64,000 nt of DNA. Origin: an uncultured Bacilli bacterium (lineage in GTDB: Bacteria; Bacillota_I; Bacilli_A; RF39; UBA660). Positions 39,860-50,607 of the stretch are shown piece by piece (the stretch's first letter is position 1; the number at the start of each line of letters is the position of its first letter). The DNA lies in contig CAKPEJ010000003.1 of assembly GCA_934149325.1 (NCBI GenBank), positions 11,142 through 75,141 of the forward strand. The letters run 5' to 3'. Both the position numbers and the translations under genes were made by a program. The notes under the pieces were generated by a model. That model did not search any database. It saw only the letters and a program-made list of their open reading frames with translations, and was not told the origin of the DNA.

Positions 39860-40492
39860 TCATCTTGTAAGAAGTGTAATTAAATTACCTTCTTTTTTTA
39901 TAACTTTTTCTTCTTTTAATTGTTTTAATTCTCTCATCATTGCACTTCTATCTACACCTAAATAATCTGCAAGATCAGTAAGAGAAAATGGAATAGTGAA
40001 TGTTTTATTTAAATTTTTAATAGCCATATTGTTAAAAAATAGTAATATTTTTTCTCTAGTTGTTCTTTTTGATAATAACTCTAAGTGAGAATTTAATTCA
40101 GATATTTTATTTAAAATTAAATTAGGAAGCATATATATTAATTCATCATGAAATGGACATTTATTTCTGCATTTTTCATAAAAATTATTATAATCAAAAA
40201 ATAAAACTTTACAATCATCTTTAGCTATAACAAATAGTTCATTATTGTTATTTATATGATAAAAAATTTCTCCAAATAAAGAGTTTTTAGTAAATTGTTC
40301 TACTATTGTTTTATTACCATTTAAATCATATCTTATAAGATCTGCTTTGCCATTAATTAATATACAAAGTCTTGATCTATTTACTAGGTATGTTGTTATT
40401 GTTTCATTTTTTTTAAATATTTTTATTTGTGTTTTAATACAACTTTTTTCAAAATTATGTATAAAAGTGTCAATATTAAAATCTTTATTCAT
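39860..40492 (-). CDS. Crp/Fnr-family transcriptional regulator
   Basis: cNMP-binding-like beta-roll followed by a C-terminal HTH (SLTDLADYLGVDRSAMMRELKQL). Confidence 0.75.
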   Translation of the reverse strand: MNKDFNIDTFIHNFEKSCIKTQIKIFKKNETITTYLVNRSRLCILINGKADLIRYDLNGNKTIVEQFTKNSLFGEIFYHINNNNELFVIAKDDCKVLFFDYNNFYEKCRNKCPFHDELIYMLPNLILNKISELNSHLELLSKRTTREKILLFFNNMAIKNLNKTFTIPFSLTDLADYLGVDRSAMMRELKQLKEEKVIKKEGNLITLLTR

Positions 40493-40635
40493 ACGCTTTC
40501 TCCTTTGTTTTAATTAAGTATAAAACACCTTAAAAAAATTTTCAACCAAAAAACGACAAAATGTTGCATTTGCAACAGCTATTTATTCTCTTTGGGGTTA
40601 TAATCAAATCGTAACATAGAGTAGGAGGAAGTAAA

Positions 40636-42762
40636 ATGAAGGTTATAAAAAGAGATGGTAGAGCAGTTGATTTTGATAGAGAAAAAATTCAAATTGCTAT
40701 TGAAAAAGCTAATAAAGAAGTTAAGAAAAATGAAAGAGCAACTAAAGAAGAGATAAAAGAAATAATAAATTATATTCAAGAACTTAACAAGAAAAGAATG
40801 CTTGTTGAGGATATACAAGATATAATTGAACAAAAATTAATGGAAATTGGAAAATATGAACTTGCTAAAAAATATATTGTATATAGATATACAAGAGCAC
40901 TTGTAAGAAAACAAAATACAACGGATGAATCAATATTAGGATTAATAAGAAATGAAAATAAAGAACTTGCAGAAGAAAATTCTAATAAAAATACAGTACT
41001 TGCATCAACTCAAAGAGATTATATAGCTGGTGAAGTATCTAGAGATTTAACAAGAAGAATGTTATTACCAGAGAAAATAACAAAAGCAAATGAAGAAGGT
41101 GTGTTACACTTCCATGATGCAGATTATTTCGTACAACCAATATTTAATTGTTGTTTAATTAATATTGGTGACATGCTTGATAATGGAACAGTAATGAATG
41201 GAAAAATGATAGAAAGTCCTAAGTCATTCCAAGTAGCATGTACAGTTACAACTCAAATAATAGCTGCAGTTGCATCAAATCAATATGGTGGACAATCTGT
41301 TGATATGAAACATCTAGGAAAATATTTAAGAAAAAGTTATGATAAATTTAAAAAAGAACTTAATAAAAAATATAAAGGAAAATTAGATGATAAAATAATA
41401 GAAGATATAGTTGATACTAGATTAAGATCAGAACTAAAAGCTGGTGTACAAACTATTCAATATCAAATAAATACATTAATGACAACAAATGGACAATCTC
41501 CTTTTGTAACATTATTTTTACATATTGAAGATGATGACGAGTACAAAAAAGAAAATGCAATGATAATAGAAGAAATTTTGACTCAAAGATTAGAAGGAAT
41601 TAAAAATGAACAAGGTGTATATGTAACGCCAGCATTTCCAAAACTTGTTTATGTATTAGATGAATGTAATAATTTAACAGGTGGAGAATATGATTATTTA
41701 ACAGAACTTGCTGTAAAATGTTCTGCTAAAAGAATGTACCCAGATTATATTTCAGCTAAAAAGATGAGAGAAAACTATGAAGGTAATGTATTTAGTCCAA
41801 TGGGATGCAGAAGTTTCTTATCACCATGGAAAGATGAAAATGGAAAATATAAATTTGAAGGAAGATTTAATCAAGGTGTAGTAAGTATAAATTTACCACA
41901 AGTAGCTATAGTTGCTGATGGAGATGAGAAAAAATTCTGGAAAGAATTAGATGAAAGACTAGAATTATGTTTTGAAGCTTTAATGTGTAGACACTATGCT
42001 TTAAAGGGTACATTATCAGATATTAGTCCAATACATTGGCAGTATGGAGCAATCTCAAGACTTAAAAAAGGTGAAACAATAGATAGTTTATTATATGGTG
42101 GATATTCAACTATATCATTAGGCTATATTGGTATATATGAAATGACTAAACTTATGACAGGTGTAAGTCATACAGAAAAAGAAGGTCACGATTTTGCTAT
42201 TAAAGTAATGAAATATTTAAAAGATAAAACTGCTGAGTGGAAAAAGCAAACAAATATTGGCTTTGCTTTATATGGAACTCCAGCAGAGAGTTTATGTTAT
42301 AAATTTGCTAAAATCGATAAAGAAAGATTTGGCACAATTAAAGATGTAACTGATAAAGGTTATTATACAAATTCATACCATGTTGATGTTAGAGAAAAAA
42401 TTGATGCATTTAGTAAATTTAAATTCGAAAGTGAATTTCAAAATTTATCTACAGGTGGAGCTATTTCATATGTTGAAATTCCTAATATGCAAAAGAATTT
42501 AGATGCATTAAGAGAATTAGTAAAATATATTTATGATAATATACAATATGCTGAGTTTAATACAAAATCTGATTATTGTCATGAATGTGGTTTCGATGGT
42601 GAAATAATCGTAAATGACGATAATGAATGGGAATGCCCTAATTGTCACAATAAAGATCATAATAAGTTAACTGTAGTTAGAAGAACTTGTGGATATTTAG
42701 GTGAAAATTTCTGGAATGTTGGTAAGACAAAAGAAATAAAAAGTAGAAAGTTACATTTATAG
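40636..42762 (+). CDS. nrdD: Anaerobic ribonucleoside-triphosphate reductase
   Basis: N-terminal ATP-cone (KVIKRDGRAVDFDREKI); C-terminal zinc ribbon CHECG...CPNC; glycyl radical motif RTCGYLG. Confidence 0.9.
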   Translation: MKVIKRDGRAVDFDREKIQIAIEKANKEVKKNERATKEEIKEIINYIQELNKKRMLVEDIQDIIEQKLMEIGKYELAKKYIVYRYTRALVRKQNTTDESILGLIRNENKELAEENSNKNTVLASTQRDYIAGEVSRDLTRRMLLPEKITKANEEGVLHFHDADYFVQPIFNCCLINIGDMLDNGTVMNGKMIESPKSFQVACTVTTQIIAAVASNQYGGQSVDMKHLGKYLRKSYDKFKKELNKKYKGKLDDKIIEDIVDTRLRSELKAGVQTIQYQINTLMTTNGQSPFVTLFLHIEDDDEYKKENAMIIEEILTQRLEGIKNEQGVYVTPAFPKLVYVLDECNNLTGGEYDYLTELAVKCSAKRMYPDYISAKKMRENYEGNVFSPMGCRSFLSPWKDENGKYKFEGRFNQGVVSINLPQVAIVADGDEKKFWKELDERLELCFEALMCRHYALKGTLSDISPIHWQYGAISRLKKGETIDSLLYGGYSTISLGYIGIYEMTKLMTGVSHTEKEGHDFAIKVMKYLKDKTAEWKKQTNIGFALYGTPAESLCYKFAKIDKERFGTIKDVTDKGYYTNSYHVDVREKIDAFSKFKFESEFQNLSTGGAISYVEIPNMQKNLDALRELVKYIYDNIQYAEFNTKSDYCHECGFDGEIIVNDDNEWECPNCHNKDHNKLTVVRRTCGYLGENFWNVGKTKEIKSRKLHL

Positions 42763-42816
42763 ACATAATTAAAAAAATATGATATATTTATTTTATAAAT
42801 TTTATAGGAGGATTTT

Positions 42817-43038
42817 ATGGAAAATAACGTATCAGAAAAAGATTGGTTAGTTACATTATTACTTTGTTTATTTTTAGGATATTTAGGTGTACATAGATTT
42901 TATGTAAATAAAGTAGGAACTGGACTAGGACAATTATTTACATGGGGTGGCTGTGGTATTTGGGCTCTTGTTGATCTTATCATGATTATCACAGGTAACT
43001 TTGAAGATTCAGAGGGTAAAAAGATTGTTTCAAAATAA
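42817..43038 (+). CDS. TM2-domain protein
   Basis: LCLFLGYLGVHRFYVNKVGTGLGQLFTWGGCGIWALVDLI. Confidence 0.6.
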   Translation: MENNVSEKDWLVTLLLCLFLGYLGVHRFYVNKVGTGLGQLFTWGGCGIWALVDLIMIITGNFEDSEGKKIVSK

Positions 43039-43354
43039 TAAGAAACAAAAAGTAATTATCACTAGTATACTAGTGGTAATTACCTATATATTTTTAATTT
43101 GCTTTCTTGGAATTTTAATAAAAAGTAAACATACAATATGTTTATTTAAATTAATATTTCATGTTGAATGCCCTGGATGTGGTATGACAAGAGCATTTTA
43201 CAATTTTTTAATATTTAATTTTAAGGAAGGAATTAAATATAATAATAAGATTATAATTGTGTATCCATTAATTTGGGGAATATACATAAATTATATATAT
43301 AAAAACAAATATTTATTTAAAGGAGAAAAATATGGCAACAAAAAAAACAAATGA
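43001..43354 (+). CDS. DUF2752-like membrane protein
   Basis: HVECPGCGMTRAF motif. Confidence 0.5.
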   Translation: MKIQRVKRLFQNNKKQKVIITSILVVITYIFLICFLGILIKSKHTICLFKLIFHVECPGCGMTRAFYNFLIFNFKEGIKYNNKIIIVYPLIWGIYINYIYKNKYLFKGEKYGNKKNK

Positions 43355-43811
43355 AGAAGAAACTAAAAAAACTACTGTAAAGAAAAGTACTGAAACAAAG
43401 AAAGATACAAAAAAAGTAGAAGAAGTAAAGGAAACAAAAAAGGAAGAAAAGAAGGAAGAAACTGTTAAAACAATTTCAGGTTTATCAGAAAAAGGAGAAG
43501 TTGTTTTAGTATATTTACTTCCAATAGTTGGATTTGTATTTGCTTTAATGAAAGATAAAAAAGTATCAGAATTTATGAGATTTCATTATAATCAAGCAGG
43601 AGCTTTATGGCTTACTAGTATGATTATTTCAATAGGATTTGGAATACTTGGAAGATTTATACCTTTTTCAGGATTAATTAGTTCAACATTATCAATAGTT
43701 TTATTTGTGTTTGATATTATAGCACTTGTTAAAGCTTATAGTGATGATGAAAAATATGAAATACCTGTTGTTTATGACTTTTCAAAAACACTTTTTAAAA
43801 CAGAAGAATAA
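43332..43811 (+). CDS. Membrane protein with K/E-rich N-terminal tail (DUF4870-like)
   Basis: Low-complexity KKTTVKKSTETKK tail followed by four TM segments. Confidence 0.3.
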   Translation: MATKKTNEEETKKTTVKKSTETKKDTKKVEEVKETKKEEKKEETVKTISGLSEKGEVVLVYLLPIVGFVFALMKDKKVSEFMRFHYNQAGALWLTSMIISIGFGILGRFIPFSGLISSTLSIVLFVFDIIALVKAYSDDEKYEIPVVYDFSKTLFKTEE

Positions 43812-43875
43812 TATCTTCTGTTTTTTTTGTATTAAAAATAAAATTATTATGATATAATTATTATAGGTGAGGAGT

Positions 43876-44952
43876 ATGAAAGTTATTGTATCAGCAGGTG
43901 GAACTGGAGGACATATATATCCAGCACTTGCAATAATAGATAAAATAAAGAAAGAAAATCCAAATAGTGAATTTTTATATATAGGAACAACAAATAGGAT
44001 GGAGAAAGACATAATTCCAGAAAAAGGTATACCTTATTTTGGTATAGAAATTTATGGTATAAAAAGAAGTCTTAGTTTAAGTAATATAAAATCAGTAACA
44101 AAATTTTTGACATCAATAAAAAAATGTAAAAAAGAAATTAAAAAGTTTAAACCAGATATAGTAATTGGTGCAGGCGGGTATGTTACAGCACCTGTTATAT
44201 ATGCTGCTAAAAAATGTAAATGTAAAACTTTAGTTCATGAACAAAATAGTATTTTAGGTTTATCAAATAAAATACTTTTAAAATATACAGATACTTTATG
44301 TACATCTTTTGAAAAAATGACACCATCAGGGGTTAATTACGTTTATACAGGTAATCCATGTACAGAAAGTGCTATAGAAACTAAAGCTTATAAAAAAGAG
44401 GATTTTGGTCTTGATAAAAATAAAAAAACGGTATTAATTGTAATGGGTTCATTAGGTTCATCAACAGTTAATAAAGTTCTTTTAGATTCATTAAATGAAT
44501 TTTATTCTAAGGATTATCAAGTGTTAATTGTTACAGGAAAAAATTATTATGAGGAATATAAAAAAGTAATAAAAAATAAAAATGTTATTATAAAGCCATA
44601 TATTGATGGACTTGTAGGAGCAATAAAATTTTCTGATGTTTTAGTTACAAGAGCAGGCGCAACAACTTTAGCGGAAATATTAGGTGTTAAAATTCCATCA
44701 ATATTAATTCCAAGTCCATATGTTACAGAAAATCATCAATATAAGAATGCTATGAGTTTGGTATCTAAAAATGCAGCATTATTAATAGAAGAAAAAAACT
44801 TGAGTGTAGAAAAGCTTATAAAACAAATTGATTATTTGATGGATGATAAAAATAAATATAAAGAAATAAAAAATAATTTAGGAAAAATTAGAGTACAAAA
44901 TAGTTTAGATAGAATTTATGATGAAATAGTAAAATTAACAGATAAGAAATAG
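43876..44952 (+). CDS. murG: Undecaprenyldiphospho-muramoylpentapeptide beta-N-acetylglucosaminyltransferase MurG
   Basis: MKVIVSAGGTGGHIYPALAI. RBS GGTGAGGAG. Confidence 0.9.
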   Translation: MKVIVSAGGTGGHIYPALAIIDKIKKENPNSEFLYIGTTNRMEKDIIPEKGIPYFGIEIYGIKRSLSLSNIKSVTKFLTSIKKCKKEIKKFKPDIVIGAGGYVTAPVIYAAKKCKCKTLVHEQNSILGLSNKILLKYTDTLCTSFEKMTPSGVNYVYTGNPCTESAIETKAYKKEDFGLDKNKKTVLIVMGSLGSSTVNKVLLDSLNEFYSKDYQVLIVTGKNYYEEYKKVIKNKNVIIKPYIDGLVGAIKFSDVLVTRAGATTLAEILGVKIPSILIPSPYVTENHQYKNAMSLVSKNAALLIEEKNLSVEKLIKQIDYLMDDKNKYKEIKNNLGKIRVQNSLDRIYDEIVKLTDKK

Positions 44953-44976
44953 TAAAAAAGTATAAGGAGTGGTAGG

Positions 44977-45651
44977 ATGAAAAGAAAAGTAAAAAAGAAA
45001 AAAATAAAAATAAAAAACGTAATTTTATTCCTTTTTATATTGGCTTTAATTGTAATTGCTATATTTTTCTTTTCATGTATACCAGTAAAAGGATACTACA
45101 TAAAAGGAAATTCATATTATACTGATGATGAAATTTTAAAAATGACTGAACTTGATAAATATCCTTCTTTTTTATTTACTAATTCTTACGATGTAAGTAA
45201 AAAAATTAAGAATAATAAACTAATAGAAAAAATAAAAATAAAAAAGAATTTATTTTTAGAGTTTGATGTTATTGTTTATGAAAAGAAAATGCTTTTTTAT
45301 GATATGAAAATTAACAAAACAATATTAGATGATGGACAAGCTATTGATATAAAAAATGAAAATATTCCGTCATTAATAAATGAAGTACCAGATAAAAAAG
45401 TATATAGTAAATTTTTGAAAAAAATGAAACTTATAAATAGTGATACAATGGGAATTATATCTGAAATAAAATATGATCCAAATGATATAGATAAAGAAAG
45501 ATTTTTAGTTTCAATGAATGATGGAAATTATGTATATTTAACTCTTAGTAAATTTTCTAAAATTAATGATTATTTAAAGATATCAAAAACATTACAAGGT
45601 AAAAATGGTATTTTATATTTAGATTATGGAAATTATTTCCTTTCTAAGTAA
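44977..45651 (+). CDS. ftsQ: Cell division protein FtsQ/DivIB (POTRA)
   Basis: K-rich N-terminus, one TM, then a POTRA-like region; positioned between murG and ftsA. Confidence 0.6.
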   Translation: MKRKVKKKKIKIKNVILFLFILALIVIAIFFFSCIPVKGYYIKGNSYYTDDEILKMTELDKYPSFLFTNSYDVSKKIKNNKLIEKIKIKKNLFLEFDVIVYEKKMLFYDMKINKTILDDGQAIDIKNENIPSLINEVPDKKVYSKFLKKMKLINSDTMGIISEIKYDPNDIDKERFLVSMNDGNYVYLTLSKFSKINDYLKISKTLQGKNGILYLDYGNYFLSK

Positions 45652-45713
45652 AATATCTTTTTTTTTTCAAAAATTTATAGTATAATATTTAATAACAATA
45701 GAGGAGGATTAAT

Positions 45714-46973
45714 ATGAAGAATATATTTTCATGTGTTGATATAGGGTCAAGTGCTATTAAAATTATAGTTAGTGAATATTTTGAGAAGAAATTAAATGTA
45801 CTTGCTTCTACATCATATCCAACTTCCTCAATAAAAAAAGGTGTAGTAGTTGATGATGATTTATTTGAAAAAGATATTAAATCTGCATTTAATGAAGTAA
45901 ATAAATCTTTGGGAGTAAAAGTTGATAAAGTTATTACAAGTATTCCAATATATGATGCTGAGTATACTTTAGTAGATGGGTATACAACTATAACAAATGA
46001 TGATTATATTATAAATGGAAATGATATGGTGAATGCTCTTCAAGCATCAATATATAATAAACTTGATAAGTCAAGAGAACTTGTTACAATTGTACCAATA
46101 AGATATACATTAGATGATAATGAGAAAATGGTTGTAAAAGAACCAAATGGACTTCAAGCAAAAAAGTTAAAGGCATATGCAATGATGGTTACTGTACCAA
46201 AGAAGAATATTTATAAATTAATAACAATATTAGAAAAAATTGGAGTTGAAGTTGTAGATATATTATTTGGTTCATTAGGTGATTATACAATTTTTAAAGA
46301 AAGTTATTTTGATGATGAAACTGTAGGAGTAATAAATATAGGTGCCGATAAAACTGAACTTACAACTTTTAACAAAGGTGTTATAACAAATTCTACAATA
46401 CTTCAAGATGGTTCTAGAGATATTGATAGAGAAATATCTTATGTTTATAATATAAAAATGTCTCAGGCAAAGAGAATAAAGGAAATATTTTCTTTAGCAA
46501 ATAAAGAATATGCAAGTCAAAGTGAACTTTATGAAATTACAAATAAATCAGGAATAAAAACAAAAATTAATCAATATGAGGTAAGTGAAATTGTTGAAAA
46601 TAAACTTATAGAATTAATACAAAATTCTAAAAAAGAGTTAAATCACTTAACAAAAAAGGAAATTCGTTATATAATAGTTACAGGAGGAATAAGCAATATT
46701 CCTGGATTTGATATAATATGTAAAGATATATTAAAAGATCAAGTAATAACAAAGAAATTAAATATTATAGGTATTAGAGATAATTCATATTCTTCATGTA
46801 TTGGTATGATTGGTTATTTTATAAATAAATTAAGAATCAGAGGAAAAGCATATACTATGTTTGATGAAGAAAAACAAATTGAACTTATAGATGGAAGAAG
46901 AAATGAAGAATTTTCAAATACATCAGTTTTTGGTAAAGTATTTGATTATTTAGTTGGCAATAAGGAGGATTAA
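45714..46973 (+). CDS. ftsA: Cell division protein FtsA
   Basis: Actin-fold protein; [12 protein letters not shown]; [11 protein letters not shown]. Confidence 0.85.
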   Translation: MKNIFSCVDIGSSAIKIIVSEYFEKKLNVLASTSYPTSSIKKGVVVDDDLFEKDIKSAFNEVNKSLGVKVDKVITSIPIYDAEYTLVDGYTTITNDDYIINGNDMVNALQASIYNKLDKSRELVTIVPIRYTLDDNEKMVVKEPNGLQAKKLKAYAMMVTVPKKNIYKLITILEKIGVEVVDILFGSLGDYTIFKESYFDDETVGVINIGADKTELTTFNKGVITNSTILQDGSRDIDREISYVYNIKMSQAKRIKEIFSLANKEYASQSELYEITNKSGIKTKINQYEVSEIVENKLIELIQNSKKELNHLTKKEIRYIIVTGGISNIPGFDIICKDILKDQVITKKLNIIGIRDNSYSSCIGMIGYFINKLRIRGKAYTMFDEEKQIELIDGRRNEEFSNTSVFGKVFDYLVGNKED

Positions 46974-46974
46974 T

Positions 46975-48033
46975 ATGACATTAGAAATGGATCAATTAGC
47001 AAAAATAAAGGTAATAGGTGTTGGTGGCGGTGGTTGTAACGCTGTAAATAGAATGATAGAATCCGGTATAAAGGGAGTAGAATTTATAGTAGCTAATACA
47101 GATTTACAAGTTTTAAATACATCAAAAGCAGGAATTAAAATCCAATTAGGAAGTACAGGTCTTGGTGCAGGAGCTGATCCAGAGGTTGGAAGAGCAGCTG
47201 CTATGGAAACAAAGGAAAGCATAACTGAAGTTTTAAAAGGTGCCGATATGGTATTTGTTACTTGTGGAATGGGAGGAGGAACTGGTACAGGAGCTGCTCC
47301 AATAGTTGCAGAAATTGCTCAAAGTTTAGGTGCTCTTACTGTAGGTATTGTTACAAAACCATTCTCATTTGAAGGTAAAAAAAGATCAGAACATGCTGAA
47401 ATAGGACTTGAAAATTTAAGAGAACATGTTGATACTTTAATTATTATTCCAAATGATAGATTAAGAGATATTATTGATAAATCAACTCCAATGCTTGATG
47501 CATTTAAAGAGGTTGATAATGTACTTAGATTAGGTGTTCAATCTGTATCAGATTTAATAGCAGTAACTGGACTTGTAAACCTAGATTTTGCTGATGTAAA
47601 AACAGTTATGGAAAATAAAGGAGATGCACTTATTGGTATAGGTGTTGCAACTGGAGAAAATAGAGCAATAGAAGCTGCAAGACAATCTGTTAATAGTCCA
47701 TTACTTGAAAGAGATATAAAAGGTGCTACAGATGCAATTATAAATATAACAGGTGGATCAAATTTAAGCTTATTTGAAGTAGAAGATGCTGTTCAAGTAA
47801 TAAGAGAAGCAGCTGCTACAGATATAAATACAATATTTGGTGCTGTAATAAATGAGGCTTTAAGTGATGAAATTGTTGTTACTGTAATTGCTACAGGTTT
47901 TGATAAAGTAGGAGATCCAATTAGTGAACCTTCAATGACAACTCAAATAATCGATATGATAGATGATTCTGATGATTCTGATGATGATTTATATGATATT
48001 CCAGATTTTCTAAAAAATAGAAGAAGTTTATAA
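46975..48033 (+). CDS. ftsZ: Cell division protein FtsZ
   Basis: [36 protein letters not shown]. Start at MTLEMDQ with RBS AAGGAGG. Acidic C-terminal tail DIPDFLK. Confidence 0.95.
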   Translation: MTLEMDQLAKIKVIGVGGGGCNAVNRMIESGIKGVEFIVANTDLQVLNTSKAGIKIQLGSTGLGAGADPEVGRAAAMETKESITEVLKGADMVFVTCGMGGGTGTGAAPIVAEIAQSLGALTVGIVTKPFSFEGKKRSEHAEIGLENLREHVDTLIIIPNDRLRDIIDKSTPMLDAFKEVDNVLRLGVQSVSDLIAVTGLVNLDFADVKTVMENKGDALIGIGVATGENRAIEAARQSVNSPLLERDIKGATDAIINITGGSNLSLFEVEDAVQVIREAAATDINTIFGAVINEALSDEIVVTVIATGFDKVGDPISEPSMTTQIIDMIDDSDDSDDDLYDIPDFLKNRRSL

Positions 48034-48086
48034 TTAACTTCTTTTTTTCTATAAAAAAGTTATTCATGTAAATTTGAATAACTTTT

Positions 48087-48410
48087 TTAAATAAAGAAAT
48101 TTGGGCCTTCATTATCGAAACTTATATTTTCAGTTTCGTTTGTTTCATAATTTTGAACTTCGTTAGAACTTGTTTCAGTATTATTTGTATTTGATTTACC
48201 AAATTCACTTGCAATTTTAAACATAGTTTTTGCATTATTTACTATAGGTTTTACTTGATATACTAGAGGTATTGCTTGATTAACAATATTTAATGTTTTT
48301 TGAGTGTTTGATAGTAAATTTGCCCAATTTATACCAGTTTTAGCAATAGCACCAGTACTTGCTGCACCAGCTGCTCTAAATGGTACAAATGCTTGATAAG
48401 GATTAAACAA
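48087..48410 (-). CDS. Hypothetical protein (TTG start after a strong AGGAGG RBS)
   Basis: (M)FNPYQAFVPFRAAGAASTGAIAKTGINW... with a low-complexity N/T/E-rich C-terminus. The track ORF is extended 5' to 48494. Confidence 0.35.
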   Translation of the reverse strand: MFNPYQAFVPFRAAGAASTGAIAKTGINWANLLSNTQKTLNIVNQAIPLVYQVKPIVNNAKTMFKIASEFGKSNTNNTETSSNEVQNYETNETENISFDNEGPNFFI

Positions 48411-48534
48411 TTTAATTACCTCCTTTTTAATATTATATGAATATTTAGTACTTTTGTTTAAATATATTTTTAATTTACATCTCATATCATACATGATATA
48501 ATAAAAATATATAAATAGAATAAAGAGGGATTTT

Positions 48535-49341
48535 ATGATTAATATTTTTATATATTTTTTAATTTTTTTTATAGGAATATTATTTGGAAATATGTTTAAT
48601 ATGTTTGGAAATGTTTTATCTAATAAACATAATAAAAATTATATATATACAAATTGTAAGAACTGTAATTATAAACTTAAATTTACAGATATATCACTTA
48701 TATCTTATATATTTAATTTAGGAAGATGTAAAAATTGTAAAAAGAAAATTTCATTTTTTCCGTCTTTTATTGAAATAATGACAGGTTTATTATTTTTGAT
48801 TTGTTATATTAAATATAATAATTCAGAAGAACAAATATTATATTTAATATATTCTTTATCATTTATTTCATCACTTATTATGATTATTGTAAGTGATATT
48901 AAGTATATGATAATACCTGATCAAATTATAATTGTTTTTACTATTATTATGTCTATAATAAAATTATTAATTGGTTATTCTAATGAAGAAATTAAAACTA
49001 TATTAGATTTAGGATATGAAATTTTATTTCTATTTTATGACGGATTTTTTATGTTTTTAATAATGTATGGATTAAAATCTCTTGGCGATTTTTTATGTAA
49101 AAGAGATTCCATGGGTGGAGGAGATGTAAAACTTATGTTTTATATTTCATTAGTTCTTGGATGGAGAATATCTATAGTAATTCTATTTTTAGCAGCATTT
49201 ATAGCTCTTCCTGTTTCAATAGTAAAAATGATTAGAAAAAAAGAAGTAATGCTTCCATTTGGACCATATATAGCAATTTCAACTTTGATTATATTCCTTT
49301 TTAAAATAGATTTTAATACAGTATTAGATTATATACTTTAA
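48535..49341 (+). CDS. pilD: Type IV prepilin peptidase (A24 family)
   Basis: N-terminal CxxC...CxxC zinc knuckle (CKNCNYK...CKNCKKKI) and polytopic A24 core (…GGGDVKLM…). Confidence 0.8.
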   Translation: MINIFIYFLIFFIGILFGNMFNMFGNVLSNKHNKNYIYTNCKNCNYKLKFTDISLISYIFNLGRCKNCKKKISFFPSFIEIMTGLLFLICYIKYNNSEEQILYLIYSLSFISSLIMIIVSDIKYMIIPDQIIIVFTIIMSIIKLLIGYSNEEIKTILDLGYEILFLFYDGFFMFLIMYGLKSLGDFLCKRDSMGGGDVKLMFYISLVLGWRISIVILFLAAFIALPVSIVKMIRKKEVMLPFGPYIAISTLIIFLFKIDFNTVLDYIL

Positions 49342-50221
49342 ATAAGAAAATAAATATGATAATTGATATAAATACATTAAGTATTCTATATAAAAGATAC
49401 TTAGTGTATTTTATTTTTGGATTGATACTAATCATTTGCATATGTATACTAAAGCTTCCAAAGGTAATAATGATAAGAATAAATATACATTTTAGAAAAT
49501 AAGAAATTTTTAGAGAACAAATTAGGTTAATCCCTGCAGAAAATTCAAAAATACCAATAATAAAATAATTAGTAATTGGGTTAAATATTAATATATTTTT
49601 TAGTAAAGAAATTAATATTGAAAAAAATAATATATTTGAAAAAATATTGATTAGTGTTAAAGAAGTATCTTTAAGTGATGAAAAATATATTTCAAAAAAA
49701 TCTTTATTAACTTTATTTTCTTTTTCTGTTACACAATATAATTTTTTTCTTCTTATAATTATTCCAAGTATTATACTTGAAATAATATGTGATAAATAGA
49801 TAATTAAGGCAAGATATATATTTTTTAAATAAATCCCACCAACTGTGCAGATTAAGAAAAGTGGATTTACATGATTTGAAAATAATATTATTTTATTTAA
49901 ATTTGGATTATCGATAAGCATTTTAGAATTATTTGGATAACCTGATAAAATTGATAAAAGAAAAATAGATGATTCTTTATCATTTATCTTAAATAGTTTA
50001 GAGATAGAATATATAATGAATTTTGGAATATATTTTTCAAAATTTAATTCTATTAATATTTTAGAAATAAGAATAGATGAAAACATTGTAGGCATAAGTG
50101 AATATAGACATATTTTTAAAGTATAAGAAAATTCATCTATAACATTTTTAGAATTAAAAAGCACATAGATTTCAAGAAAAATAAAAAAGAGTATTAATAT
50201 AAATTTAATATATTTTTTCAT
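49313..50221 (-). CDS. Polytopic membrane protein (nucleoside-recognition/Gate-domain-like, YlbJ/SpmA-like?)
   Basis: Eight or more TM segments; weak resemblance to spore-maturation/nucleoside-recognition membrane proteins. Confidence 0.3.
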   Translation of the reverse strand: MKKYIKFILILFFIFLEIYVLFNSKNVIDEFSYTLKICLYSLMPTMFSSILISKILIELNFEKYIPKFIIYSISKLFKINDKESSIFLLSILSGYPNNSKMLIDNPNLNKIILFSNHVNPLFLICTVGGIYLKNIYLALIIYLSHIISSIILGIIIRRKKLYCVTEKENKVNKDFFEIYFSSLKDTSLTLINIFSNILFFSILISLLKNILIFNPITNYFIIGIFEFSAGINLICSLKISYFLKCIFILIIITFGSFSIHMQMISINPKIKYTKYLLYRILNVFISIIIFIFLFKVYNLILY

Positions 50222-50312
50222 ACTTTATATATATGTAAAATAATATGAATATTGACAATATTTTGTTTTTGTATATAATATTATTTGAAATTTTTATGAG
50301 GGGTGATTAACC

Positions 50313-50522
50313 ATGAGAAAAGCAATGTTAAAAGAGTTATTAAAATCTAAATTATCAATAGGTTTAGTTGGTAAGATGTTAGAACTTGATGAAAAAGAAA
50401 TTAAAAATTTAGAAAAAGTAAATGATAGAGAAGATTTAATTAATTTAATTGATAACTCAAGTAAAAAAAAGAATGAAAAAGAAAAAAGTTATTCTTTAAA
50501 TGATAATAAATTTTATATGTAG
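50313..50522 (+). CDS. Small hypothetical protein
   Basis: 69-aa ORF; weak support. Confidence 0.2.
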   Translation: MRKAMLKELLKSKLSIGLVGKMLELDEKEIKNLEKVNDREDLINLIDNSSKKKNEKEKSYSLNDNKFYM

Positions 50523-50607
50523 TAAGTAATAAAATGAATATTTTCGTATTCATTTTTTTCTTTGTTTTTAAGGAAAAAAATGGTATAATGTATAAGCAGG
50601 TGGTAAT

